DNA of 64,000 bases from an uncultured Eubacteriales bacterium (GTDB lineage: Bacteria; Bacillota; Clostridia; Christensenellales; UBA1242). The notes under the pieces are model-generated. The model had not been told where the DNA came from. It did not search any database and saw only the letters and a list, made by a program, of their open reading frames with translations. Location of the stretch: NCBI GenBank assembly GCA_949077035.1, contig CARUPR010000004.1:29721-93720 (forward strand), written 5' to 3'. The translations under genes were made by a program, and so were the position numbers. Within the stretch, counting starts at the first letter, position 1, and each line of letters opens with the position of its first letter. Shown here piece after piece: positions 38,919 through 47,143 of the stretch.

Positions 38919-40061
38919 ATGAGAAAAATATTTGGCAAAAAAAATATTAAAGCTGAAGATACCAAAAAAGATGTTGATGATAGATATTTTGATGATATTG
39001 AAGATTTTGCCGATGATGAAGATTGGGCTTTATATAGAAGATTTACCACACGTCAGCCAAAAAGAAGTTTTGAAAATACTTTAAAAAAAGGCTTGACAGC
39101 TAGTATTTGTCTTTGCTCAATTACCCTTGCAGGTATCATGTTTTATTTGGCAGGCACAGCTATAAACATAAGGGCTGTTAAAGGTGCAGTGGCCAATATG
39201 GAAAGGGCGACTAAAGAAGCAAAGGCAGAACTTGTGCAGACAATTGAGCATAAGGTGGATGAAGTATCAAATTTTGATGTAAATTCTTTTGAGCTTTTTA
39301 AAGCTGAAAGCAAATATATCTGCAAAGCTTTTGGTGTGACAAGTGCTGAAGAGATTGTGGGCATAAAGAAAAACAATTATTTAAACCTTTTGTTTGAAAT
39401 CTCAAAGCAGGATGCAAAAGATATTTTGGGTAAGGTAAAAAAGGTGGATGAAACAAAAAAGGTGGCATCATATGACAGCCCTGAACATTCGCTTAAGCAT
39501 GACAATATCAATTATTCTCATTGGGGCGAGGAAAAGAAGGTGAAAAAGCTTTCATCTGCTCTGGTTGAAGTTTATAATGCAATTGACAGTGCCGTTCAAA
39601 ATGCTTATGGTTATGAAATTGAAAAGGTTGCCGAAACCAGCCAATTTAACAATAAGATTGCTTCATCATATCGATACTCAAAGCCTGAAAACTTAACTGA
39701 TGCCAAAATGTTTGGATTATTTTCAAAGATTGACACAAGGTTTATCAATGGCGGCCTTGTCACCACAGGTATAACAAGTGTTTTGAAAGACCAAGAGAAA
39801 AATGAAAGCTATTTTTATATTGATACCATCCAAGTTTTAAATACTGCAGCGCAAGGTGAGGACGGCAGTCTTAAACTTGCTTCTTGCAGAGCAAGGGTGG
39901 CAGTTGAAGGGGCAAACCTTTCTCAAGAAGAGGTTTATGCCAAATTTATAAATGGTGAGCATAAGAGTTTTGTTGAGATTGTTCGTGAAAAGATAGGTCC
40001 AAAGACAGGAATTTATAAAGGTCAGGTTTGTCAGGATGTTGAGGAAATTGAACTTTCTTAA
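38919..40061 (+). CDS. Single-pass membrane protein, tandem paralog B
   Basis: RBS AAGGAGA. TM 'LTASICLCSITLAGIMFYLAG'. Roughly half of the residues align identically with paralog A over the extracytoplasmic part (by eye). Confidence 0.7.
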   Translation: MRKIFGKKNIKAEDTKKDVDDRYFDDIEDFADDEDWALYRRFTTRQPKRSFENTLKKGLTASICLCSITLAGIMFYLAGTAINIRAVKGAVANMERATKEAKAELVQTIEHKVDEVSNFDVNSFELFKAESKYICKAFGVTSAEEIVGIKKNNYLNLLFEISKQDAKDILGKVKKVDETKKVASYDSPEHSLKHDNINYSHWGEEKKVKKLSSALVEVYNAIDSAVQNAYGYEIEKVAETSQFNNKIASSYRYSKPENLTDAKMFGLFSKIDTRFINGGLVTTGITSVLKDQEKNESYFYIDTIQVLNTAAQGEDGSLKLASCRARVAVEGANLSQEEVYAKFINGEHKSFVEIVREKIGPKTGIYKGQVCQDVEEIELS

Positions 40062-40206
40062 AGTTTTAAAAAATTCAACAGATGATTAAAAAGAAATAAT
40101 ATAAGATAAACATAATAATTAAAGACAAAGAATTATTAAAATAAACATAAAAATTATTATCAATAAAAACATTCTTAAAAGACATTCAAAAAAATAGGAG
40201 TAATAG

Positions 40207-41376
40207 ATGTTTAATAAAAATAAAAATGAAAAATCAAAAAAGCGTTTTAAAAAAGAGGATGATTGTGAACTTGTAGACCCAGCAATCATAGAAGAATTAT
40301 ATCCAAGTTATCCTATGGGCAGGGCATCAATTCCAATGACAGAAAAGGAATTAAAAGAGAGAAAGAAAGAAGCGAAAAAAGAGCTTAGGGCAGAGAGAAC
40401 ATTAAACAGCTTATTAGCTTTTGCAGTAACAGCAGGATTTACGATTGGTGTCTGGTGTGTGGGCTCGCTTATCAACTGGGGCGTTGTTGCCGCTGCCGAA
40501 AAGAAGCTTAGAAAAGAGATGATAGGATATAAAGCTGAAGTTGTTGAAACTATTGAAGATAAAGTTTCTGAGCTTTCTGATTTTGACCTTGCGTCAGTTG
40601 AGCTTTTGAAAGGCGAAGACAAATATTTTTGCAAAGTATTTGGTAAGACTGGCTTGAAGGACATAATGGGCTTAAAAGAAAACAATTATGTAAATATCCT
40701 ATTTGATATTCCTGAAGTTGATGCAAACAACATTTTAAATGCAATTGAAAATGCTGAAAATACAAAGAGAATGGGCGCATATAATTCGCCAGAACATGTT
40801 ATGCAACTTGACAATGTCAGTTATATTTGTTGGGCTGAGAAAAATCGTTTAAAAAAGACAGGTGAAACATTCAAAAAGCTTTATGGCGCGATTGATAGTG
40901 CTGTCAAAAATGCATATGGCTATGAAGTTGAAAAGGTTGCTGAGGCAAGCAGTTTCAACAACAGCATTTCTTCTGCATACCGCTATACAAAACCAGAAAC
41001 ACTCAGCGAAGTCATTTATAAGCATTTTAATATCACTTATAATATAACAGATTTCATCAATTCAGGGCTTTTGACAACTGGTATTTCCAAAGTGGTAAGA
41101 GATGAAGAGAAGAATGAAAGCTATTTCTTTGTTGACAGCTTGCAGGTAGTCAATAATGCTAAACAGGGTGCTACTTCAGATAAACTTAAGATTGATTCTT
41201 GCAGAGCAATGGTTGTTGTAGAAGGGGCAAATCTTTCTCAAGAAGAGGTTTATGCCAAATTCTTAAGTGGTCAGCATAAAAATTTTGTTGAACTTGTTCG
41301 AGAAAGACTGGGCTCAAAAGTTGGTGTCTTAAATGGCAAGATACAAGAGGATGTTGAAGAAATTGAATTGACTTAA
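40207..41376 (+). CDS. Single-pass membrane protein, tandem paralog C
   Basis: RBS TAGGAGT. TM 'LLAFAVTAGFTIGVWCVGSLI'. Same conserved C-terminal block ('SCRAMVVVEGANLSQEEVYAKF...DVEEIELT'). Confidence 0.7.
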   Translation: MFNKNKNEKSKKRFKKEDDCELVDPAIIEELYPSYPMGRASIPMTEKELKERKKEAKKELRAERTLNSLLAFAVTAGFTIGVWCVGSLINWGVVAAAEKKLRKEMIGYKAEVVETIEDKVSELSDFDLASVELLKGEDKYFCKVFGKTGLKDIMGLKENNYVNILFDIPEVDANNILNAIENAENTKRMGAYNSPEHVMQLDNVSYICWAEKNRLKKTGETFKKLYGAIDSAVKNAYGYEVEKVAEASSFNNSISSAYRYTKPETLSEVIYKHFNITYNITDFINSGLLTTGISKVVRDEEKNESYFFVDSLQVVNNAKQGATSDKLKIDSCRAMVVVEGANLSQEEVYAKFLSGQHKNFVELVRERLGSKVGVLNGKIQEDVEEIELT

Positions 41377-41411
41377 CTCTTAAAAAAATTATATAATATC
41401 TTAATTAAATA

Positions 41412-41441
41412 AAAAGCATGGTATAATACCATGTTTTTTTG
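41412..41441 (+). terminator. Rho-independent terminator
   Basis: Palindrome catggtat-a-ataccatg followed by T7. Confidence 0.75.
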
Positions 41442-41883
41442 ATTGAATAATTAATAGTAAATAAGTGTAAATAATATAAAAATATTAAAAATCGAGAAAA
41501 ATAGCAAAAATAATAAAAAATAGCAAAAATAATAAAAAATAGCGAAAAAATAAATAAAATACAAAAAAAATTGTTTAAAAAATAAGAAAATATAATAAAA
41601 AATAGAAATAAAATAAAAATAATTTAAATAAATATAAATTAATTAGTTAAAACAATAAAATAATATTAAAAAAATAAAAATAATAATAAAAAAATTAAGA
41701 AAAAATAGTAAAAAATCAGAAAAAACCAAGAAAATATAGCAAAAAACGCAAAAAATACAAGAAATTTATGAAATTTTATATAAAAAATTAATATAACAAT
41801 AAAGGAATTTTTAAATTGCATAAAAAAGATTTTTTAATTTTAGTAAATTTATGATATAATAAATCAAAGGAGTTTTATTTTTT

Positions 41884-42603
41884 ATGGAAAACAAAAAGGC
41901 GAAAAAATCAAAGCCTTCAAAATTTGTTATTTGGTGGAAATGGCCACTTATTGTGCTTGCTTTGTCTTTTTTCCTTTCGCTTGCATTTGGTGTTGTAAGT
42001 CAGGTTGCTCTCACTGGTGCAGGTATTGCGATAAGTGTTGTGGTAATTTTATTTTTCATTGGCATTTCCATTGTGTCTGACATGGTGGGTGTTGCAATCA
42101 CAGCAACTTCTTATGAGCCTTTTAGAGCAATGGCGTCAAGAAAGATTCGTGGCGCAAAAGAGGCGATAAGACTTATTGACAACAAAGAAAAGGTTGCAAG
42201 TGTGTCAGCTGATGTGATTGGTGATATTTGCGGTATCCTTTCGGGTGCGGCAGGCACATCAATCACAGTGCTTTTGATAGTCAATTATGCGGGCACTTTT
42301 TGGGAAGTTTTGATTGCATCGGTTGTTTCGGCAGTTATTGCAGCACTTACCATTTTTGGAAAGGCTTATTGCAAAAAATATTCTATGGTGCATAGCGAAA
42401 AAATCATTTTAATTTTGGGCAAGTTTATAAGCCTATTTCATATTCAAAAGAAAGTTAAAGACGCAGGCGAAAGGAAGACTAAGAAAGGAAATGATAAAAA
42501 AATTGAAACAGAGCCTCAGCAAGATGAGTCTGTTCAAGATGAGCTTGTTCAAGCCCAGCCAGATGAAGAGGGCGGCGAAATAGCAAGTAAACTCAATGAT
42601 TGA
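41884..42603 (+). CDS. Membrane protein (weakly DUF21/CNNM-TM-like), acidic C-terminal tail
   Basis: Four predicted TM helices. 'MASRKIRGAKEAIRLIDNKEKVASVSADVIGDICGIL' resembles the DUF21 loop pattern. No CBS domains follow. Confidence 0.35.
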   Translation: MENKKAKKSKPSKFVIWWKWPLIVLALSFFLSLAFGVVSQVALTGAGIAISVVVILFFIGISIVSDMVGVAITATSYEPFRAMASRKIRGAKEAIRLIDNKEKVASVSADVIGDICGILSGAAGTSITVLLIVNYAGTFWEVLIASVVSAVIAALTIFGKAYCKKYSMVHSEKIILILGKFISLFHIQKKVKDAGERKTKKGNDKKIETEPQQDESVQDELVQAQPDEEGGEIASKLND

Positions 42604-42819
42604 ATCAAAAAACGATGGCGCAAAGCTGAGAAAAAATCATATTAAAAAATTGATTGATATTGAAATAATTGAGTTTAAGAATGACTAAAAGATTGAAAGC
42701 GTGAAATGATTGAAAAATGTATTTCAAAATATGATTGTTTGGTATAAGTTTAAAAGACAATATTGACAAAAGAAGGATATTGATTTAAAATAATTATAAG
42801 AAATAGGGAGGAAAAATTT

Positions 42820-43785
42820 ATGGATAAAGAAAATACAACAGATGCGTTTAAAAATTTATCAGAGGAAGACAAAAAAGAGGTTATATTTAAAACTGTTGAA
42901 TTAGGTCAAAAGAAGGTTTTGATAAACAACTATTTAAAAACTGAAGCATTAAAGTTGCTTGAAAAAACTGAAGAATATAATAATGTATATAGTAAAGCAA
43001 ATAAAAAATTTGAGCTTTTATGCACTGTTTATGGTGTAAACAAAATTGAGGATGAGGCTAAGAAAGAAAAAACAATAGACTATATTTTCCACCTTGGTGG
43101 CGAATGGCTTGAAGATTATAAAATAAAATCATCTTCTTACTGGAATTATATGTCACCTTTTAGTAAGGAATATCTATCTTTAAGTTATGCAGAAAGTGCA
43201 TATTATGCTGATAAAAAAGTTGCTAAATGGGAAAAAGATAAATTAAAGCTTGAAAAAAAGCTTGCCAAAGCAAAAAATGAAGGCAAAATTGAAAAATTGA
43301 AAGAAAAAATTTCAAAAGGTGATGAAAAAGTTAAGGATGATATCGAAGTTGCTAAAGCAAGAAGGGAAGCAATGAAATTTATCGAAGGTGATAAAAATTA
43401 TTTTAGCGATGCCATATTTCTTATGAAAAATTTTGAAAAGATGGCTGTGGGCAAAGTGATTAAAAGCGATAATGATAATGAGCTTATTTCAGACCTTATT
43501 TATGATGCCACAAAAATTGAAAATATTATTGGGAATAAATATTATGAGTATCAGGATGGAAGATTTTATTATTTTGGCGAAAAGATAATTCAAAATATTA
43601 TTAGACCTGCCCAAGATGAAAGTTTTAAAAGAGAGATGGTTAAATCTATTCAAACTCAATTAAAAAATCAAAAAGAGAATGATGAGTTGACAAATAATAA
43701 TATTGATGCTTGCACAGAAAATGATAATGCAAATGATGCTGACAATAAAAATAGCGTTGATACCGATATTGAAAGTGAAATGTAA
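42820..43785 (+). CDS. Hypothetical Lys-rich coiled-coil protein
   Basis: RBS AGGGAGGAAAAA. Upstream promoter candidate TTGACA-17-TAAAAT. No recognisable motif. Confidence 0.6.
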   Translation: MDKENTTDAFKNLSEEDKKEVIFKTVELGQKKVLINNYLKTEALKLLEKTEEYNNVYSKANKKFELLCTVYGVNKIEDEAKKEKTIDYIFHLGGEWLEDYKIKSSSYWNYMSPFSKEYLSLSYAESAYYADKKVAKWEKDKLKLEKKLAKAKNEGKIEKLKEKISKGDEKVKDDIEVAKARREAMKFIEGDKNYFSDAIFLMKNFEKMAVGKVIKSDNDNELISDLIYDATKIENIIGNKYYEYQDGRFYYFGEKIIQNIIRPAQDESFKREMVKSIQTQLKNQKENDELTNNNIDACTENDNANDADNKNSVDTDIESEM

Positions 43786-43854
43786 ACATCTATAAAACTT
43801 TTGGATTAATTTGATATTATATATTTATTTTAAGCGAATTTCTGCGAGGAAAAG

Positions 43855-44433
43855 ATGATTAAAAGAAGGGAGTTGAGAGAAAAGGTCAGGGCTCTTGAAA
43901 GAGAAGAAAAACAGGCTTATGACAATGAAGGCAGGGCGATAATTAGGCTTACGGTGCTTGATGATAAAGGTTTTTTGTCAGCGTATGGTGAAGATAATGA
44001 CATTTTGATAAGCAGCGAAACGGCGGAATTTTTAGAACATTCCACCAAGGCAATTCATTATAATAAAAGTTTAGCTTTGCAAATTTATAGTGATGTGATT
44101 GATGACCGTGAAAAGATGCTTTATGAGCGAGGAATTCGCAATTATTATGAAAATTCTTTTATGGCACATCAGAAAGAGCTTAAACATAATTTTTGGACGA
44201 CAATGTTTCTCGCACTTATTGGTATTTTATACTTTGCTATTTTAATTGTAATATCATTTTTTGTTGATTTTGATATTGTCTTAGAGGCATTGTCAATTGC
44301 GGGCTGGGTTTTCTTATGGGAGGCTGTCGACATATTTTTCTTTCAGCGGCCAAAAATAAAACATAAGCAATTTAGAGCCTATGCACTTATGAATTCAAAG
44401 ATTGAATATTTGAATCTTAATAAAAAGTCTTAG
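43855..44433 (+). CDS. Hypothetical membrane protein (two C-terminal TM helices)
   Basis: RBS GAGGAAAAG. Hydrophobic segments 'FWTTMFLALIGILYFAILIVISFF' and 'ALSIAGWVFLWEAVDIFFF'. Confidence 0.55.
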   Translation: MIKRRELREKVRALEREEKQAYDNEGRAIIRLTVLDDKGFLSAYGEDNDILISSETAEFLEHSTKAIHYNKSLALQIYSDVIDDREKMLYERGIRNYYENSFMAHQKELKHNFWTTMFLALIGILYFAILIVISFFVDFDIVLEALSIAGWVFLWEAVDIFFFQRPKIKHKQFRAYALMNSKIEYLNLNKKS

Positions 44434-44511
44434 CTTAAAAGAAAACAAAAAGTCTTAAGCTATAGAGTCAATTATTCTTAAAATAAATTATAGTTATGTC
44501 TTGTCAAACAC

Positions 44512-44540
44512 TTGACAAAAGAGATGAAAGATTATATAAT
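44512..44540 (+). promoter_or_regulatory. Consensus promoter of the rpsF operon
   Basis: TTGACA, 17-nt spacer, TATAAT. The -35 sits within the palindrome TTGTCAA-acac-TTGACAA. A ~150-nt leader precedes rpsF. Confidence 0.6.
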
Positions 44541-44690
44541 ACACCTTGCGAGAGTTTGGGTAGAATGTTCTGACCAAGTTCAAGCGGGTGTTTTTTTAAA
44601 CACTATCCTTGTCTTTTTAAGAATGATTGACTCTATTACTAGGGCATTATTTAAGAAAAAGACCATTTTGTCCAAAAGGAGGTAAAAAGT

Positions 44691-44972
44691 ATGAATAAGT
44701 ATGAACTTCTTTATATCATTTCATCTGACGTTGCCGAAGAAAAAAGAGAGGAATTAATCTCTAAATTCGCTTCTTATGTTGAAGCTAAAGGTGGCGTTGT
44801 TGAAGGAATTGATAAATGGGGAATGAGAAAACTTGCTTATCCTATCAACTTCAAAAACGAAGGATTTTATGTTCTTATGAACATGACTTTTGATGCAAAA
44901 GAAGTTGACGCTATGGCAAAACTCATGAACATCACTGAAGGCATCGTTCGTCAAATGTTTGTTCGCAAATAA
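44691..44972 (+). CDS. rpsF: 30S ribosomal protein S6
   Basis: 'MNKYELLYII...DKWGMRKLAYPI' is a typical S6. RBS AAAGGAGG. Confidence 0.9.
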   Translation: MNKYELLYIISSDVAEEKREELISKFASYVEAKGGVVEGIDKWGMRKLAYPINFKNEGFYVLMNMTFDAKEVDAMAKLMNITEGIVRQMFVRK

Positions 44973-45020
44973 TTGATTTGAATGATGGGTAGCTTTTAAG
45001 CTACAGGAAAGGAGCTTATT

Positions 45021-45431
45021 ATGAATAAAATAATATTAATCGGGAATTTAACAAAAGACCCTGAAATTAATACCACAAATAGTGGTGTTTCTGTTTGCAG
45101 ATTCTCTTTGGCAGTTCAAAGAAACTTTGCAAGCAGTGCTGACAATGGCCCTCAAGCTGACTTTTTCAACATTGTTGTTTGGAGAGGCCTTGCCGATAAT
45201 TGTCATAGATTTTTAAAGAAAGGTTCAAAATGCTGTGTTGTTGGAAGAATCCAAAATGTTTCTTATGAAGCACAAGATGGCACAAAACGCTATTCAACAG
45301 AAATCACTGCAAGTGATGTTGAGTTTTTAAGCACTAAAAGTTCTGACGCAAACGGCGATATGCCAAAGCCTGTTGGCAATGGCTCTGCAGAGCTTGAACC
45401 TATCGATGATGACGATAGTTTACCATTCTAA
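45021..45431 (+). CDS. ssb: Single-stranded DNA-binding protein
   Basis: OB-fold N-terminus 'MNKIILIGNLTKDPE' and acidic tip 'DDDDSLPF'. Confidence 0.9.
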   Translation: MNKIILIGNLTKDPEINTTNSGVSVCRFSLAVQRNFASSADNGPQADFFNIVVWRGLADNCHRFLKKGSKCCVVGRIQNVSYEAQDGTKRYSTEITASDVEFLSTKSSDANGDMPKPVGNGSAELEPIDDDDSLPF

Positions 45432-45447
45432 TTAAAAGGAGTATATT

Positions 45448-45708
45448 ATGGCTGAAATGAAAACAGAAGAGAAGGTTTTTGTTAAGAAATTTCGCAGACC
45501 TTCTAAGAAAAAAGTTTGTGCATTTTGTGTAGCTGGAGAAAAGGCTATTGATTATAAAGATGTTGCTAAAATCAGAAAATATATCACTGAAAAAGGCAAA
45601 ATTTTACCAAGACGTCAAACTGGAGTTTGCTCTTTCCATCAAAGAGAGCTTTGCACTGCTATTAAAAGAGCAAGAAATGTTGCCCTTTTACCTTATGTTG
45701 GGGACTAA
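45448..45708 (+). CDS. rpsR: 30S ribosomal protein S18
   Basis: '[50 protein letters not shown]'. Confidence 0.9.
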   Translation: MAEMKTEEKVFVKKFRRPSKKKVCAFCVAGEKAIDYKDVAKIRKYITEKGKILPRRQTGVCSFHQRELCTAIKRARNVALLPYVGD

Positions 45709-45760
45709 GAATATTGCTTCTTAGCAGTTTTATAAAATTTAAATAAGTATGGAGGTTGTT

Positions 45761-45967
45761 ATGCAAAAGGAAATTCATCCTGACTATCATGAAGTAAATG
45801 TCACTTGTGCTTGCGGAAATACCTTTAAGACAAAGTCTTGCTCTAAAGGTGAAAATCTTAGCATTGATATTTGCAACAAATGCCATCCTTTCTTCACTGG
45901 TAAGAAGAAAGTTGTTGATACAAGCGGAAATGTTGAAAAGTTCAACAAGAAATATGGCTTAAACTAA
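45761..45967 (+). CDS. rpmE: 50S ribosomal protein L31 (Cys-containing type A)
   Basis: '[12 protein letters not shown]...C.CG...[11 protein letters not shown]'. GGAGG lies 5 nt upstream of the ATG at 45761. Confidence 0.9.
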   Translation: MQKEIHPDYHEVNVTCACGNTFKTKSCSKGENLSIDICNKCHPFFTGKKKVVDTSGNVEKFNKKYGLN

Positions 45968-45980
45968 TTGAAAAATATTA

Positions 45981-46013
45981 AAAAAAGCACTCATTACTAG
46001 AGTGTTTTTTTTG
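45981..46013 (+). terminator. Terminator after rpmE
   Basis: Short stem cactc/gagtg followed by T8. Confidence 0.55.
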
Positions 46014-46063
46014 TTTAATATATAAAAAACAGGTGATAAAATTTGCAATATAATTTTATTATA

Positions 46064-46092
46064 TTGACATTGACACTCTTGAATGATATAAT
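46064..46092 (+). promoter_or_regulatory. Perfect-consensus promoter at the left edge of the DUF4116 island
   Basis: TTGACA, 17-nt spacer, TATAAT. The ~80-nt leader contains the hairpin TTTCATCA-aaggatga-TGATGAAA. Confidence 0.6.
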
Positions 46093-46177
46093 GAGAAAAT
46101 AAATGGAGCTTTTTCATCAAAGGATGATGATGAAAGTTTTTGACATCGAAAAATAAAATAATTATAAAGGAAAAAAT

Positions 46178-46864
46178 ATGATTTTTTATATAGATAAAAA
46201 CGCAATTATTAATGAGTTGCAAAAAAAGAATTGTTCATTTTCTCTTAAAAATGTTTCAGAAGAATTGAGAAATGATAAAGATATAGTTATGGAAGCTGTT
46301 AAGTTTAATGGACTTTTTCTTGAAGACGCTTTAGAAGAACTAAGACATGATAAAGATATAGTTATGGAAGCTGTTAAGCAAAATGGCTTGGCTCTTGATT
46401 ATGCTTCAAATGAACTTCAGCAGGATAGAGAGGTGGTGTTTGAGGCAGTTTCTAATCTTGGCATTGCTCTTATGTTTGCTTCAAAAAAATTGCAAAACGA
46501 TAAAGAACTTGTTTTGGTGGCGGTTAAAGATTTTGGAGCTGCACTTCACTTTGCATCAACAAGATTAAGGAATGATAAAGAGGTGGTTTTGGCGGCGATA
46601 AACAGAGATGCTTTCGCCATTAAATTTGCTTCACCAAAACTTAAAAATGATAAAGAATTGGTTTTAAAAGTTGTTAAGCGTCGTGGCTTAGCACTTGAAT
46701 TTGTTTCGGAAAAATTAAAAAACGACAAGGAAGTTGTTTTGACAGCCATTAAACAAAATCCTAAGGCTTATGATTTTGCATCTGAAACTCTGAAAAAAGA
46801 TAAAGATATCTGCATGGCAGTGGGTATTGAAGATGAGCCTGAAGATAGTTTTGAAATAAAATAA
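46178..46864 (+). CDS. DUF4116-type helical repeat protein (7 repeats, no conserved C-terminal module)
   Basis: Reiterated 'L(R/K)NDKE(V/L)VL.AV...G.AL.FAS..L' units. No signal peptide. Confidence 0.75.
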   Translation: MIFYIDKNAIINELQKKNCSFSLKNVSEELRNDKDIVMEAVKFNGLFLEDALEELRHDKDIVMEAVKQNGLALDYASNELQQDREVVFEAVSNLGIALMFASKKLQNDKELVLVAVKDFGAALHFASTRLRNDKEVVLAAINRDAFAIKFASPKLKNDKELVLKVVKRRGLALEFVSEKLKNDKEVVLTAIKQNPKAYDFASETLKKDKDICMAVGIEDEPEDSFEIK

Positions 46865-46933
46865 GAGGGTGTTTAGAATTTACACCATTGATTCTTCCCA
46901 TATGCTGTTTGCCAAAAATTGATAACAAAAATG

Positions 46934-46960
46934 CTATGACTATTTGTCATAGTTTTTTTT
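46934..46960 (+). terminator. Rho-independent terminator
   Basis: Stem ctatgac/gtcatag followed by T8. Confidence 0.8.
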
Positions 46961-46962
46961 AA

Positions 46963-47073
46963 ACATAAGAAAGGAAGGAGAATGGAAGTGTTTGTGAAAA
47001 TGTAAGCAAGAAAGGAGAACGTAAGTGTTTTTGGAAACATAAGAAAGGCAGGAGAGTGTGAGTGTTTTATTTT
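46963..47073 (+). repeat. 37-bp purine-rich tandem repeat x3 (variant of the dispersed AAGA(T/A)AGG family)
   Basis: acataagaaaggaaggagaatggaagtgtttgtgaaa / atgtaagcaagaaaggagaacgtaagtgtttttggaa / acataagaaaggcaggagagtgtgagtgttttatttt. Confidence 0.8.
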
Positions 47074-47143
47074 CTTTGTTTAAAAAATTCTTTTATTGAT
47101 TTTTGCTTTATTTTATGTTAATATAAAATAAAGGGGAAAGTTT

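Noticed and set aside
41497-41560. Tandem repeats here, and at 19890, 28527, 46963 and 62281, considered as possible CRISPR arrays.
   Set aside because: There are only 2-3 contiguous units with no unique spacers, the unit lengths or composition are wrong, and there are no cas genes in the window.
42950-43100. Possible remote similarity between the 321-aa Lys-rich protein ('FELLCTVYGVNKIEDE') and the TM paralog family ('NYICRVFGVTDVKKV').
   Set aside because: It rests on a single short C.V(F/Y)GV patch. There is no collinear similarity elsewhere, so it is too weak to claim.
44541-44690. The rpsF leader as the S6:S18-binding autoregulatory RNA motif.
   Set aside because: A ~150-nt leader with a small hairpin (GTGTTT...AAACAC) exists, but I cannot match it to the conserved motif from memory. 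It is left as an unannotated leader. Running cmscan with the S6-S18 leader model would decide.
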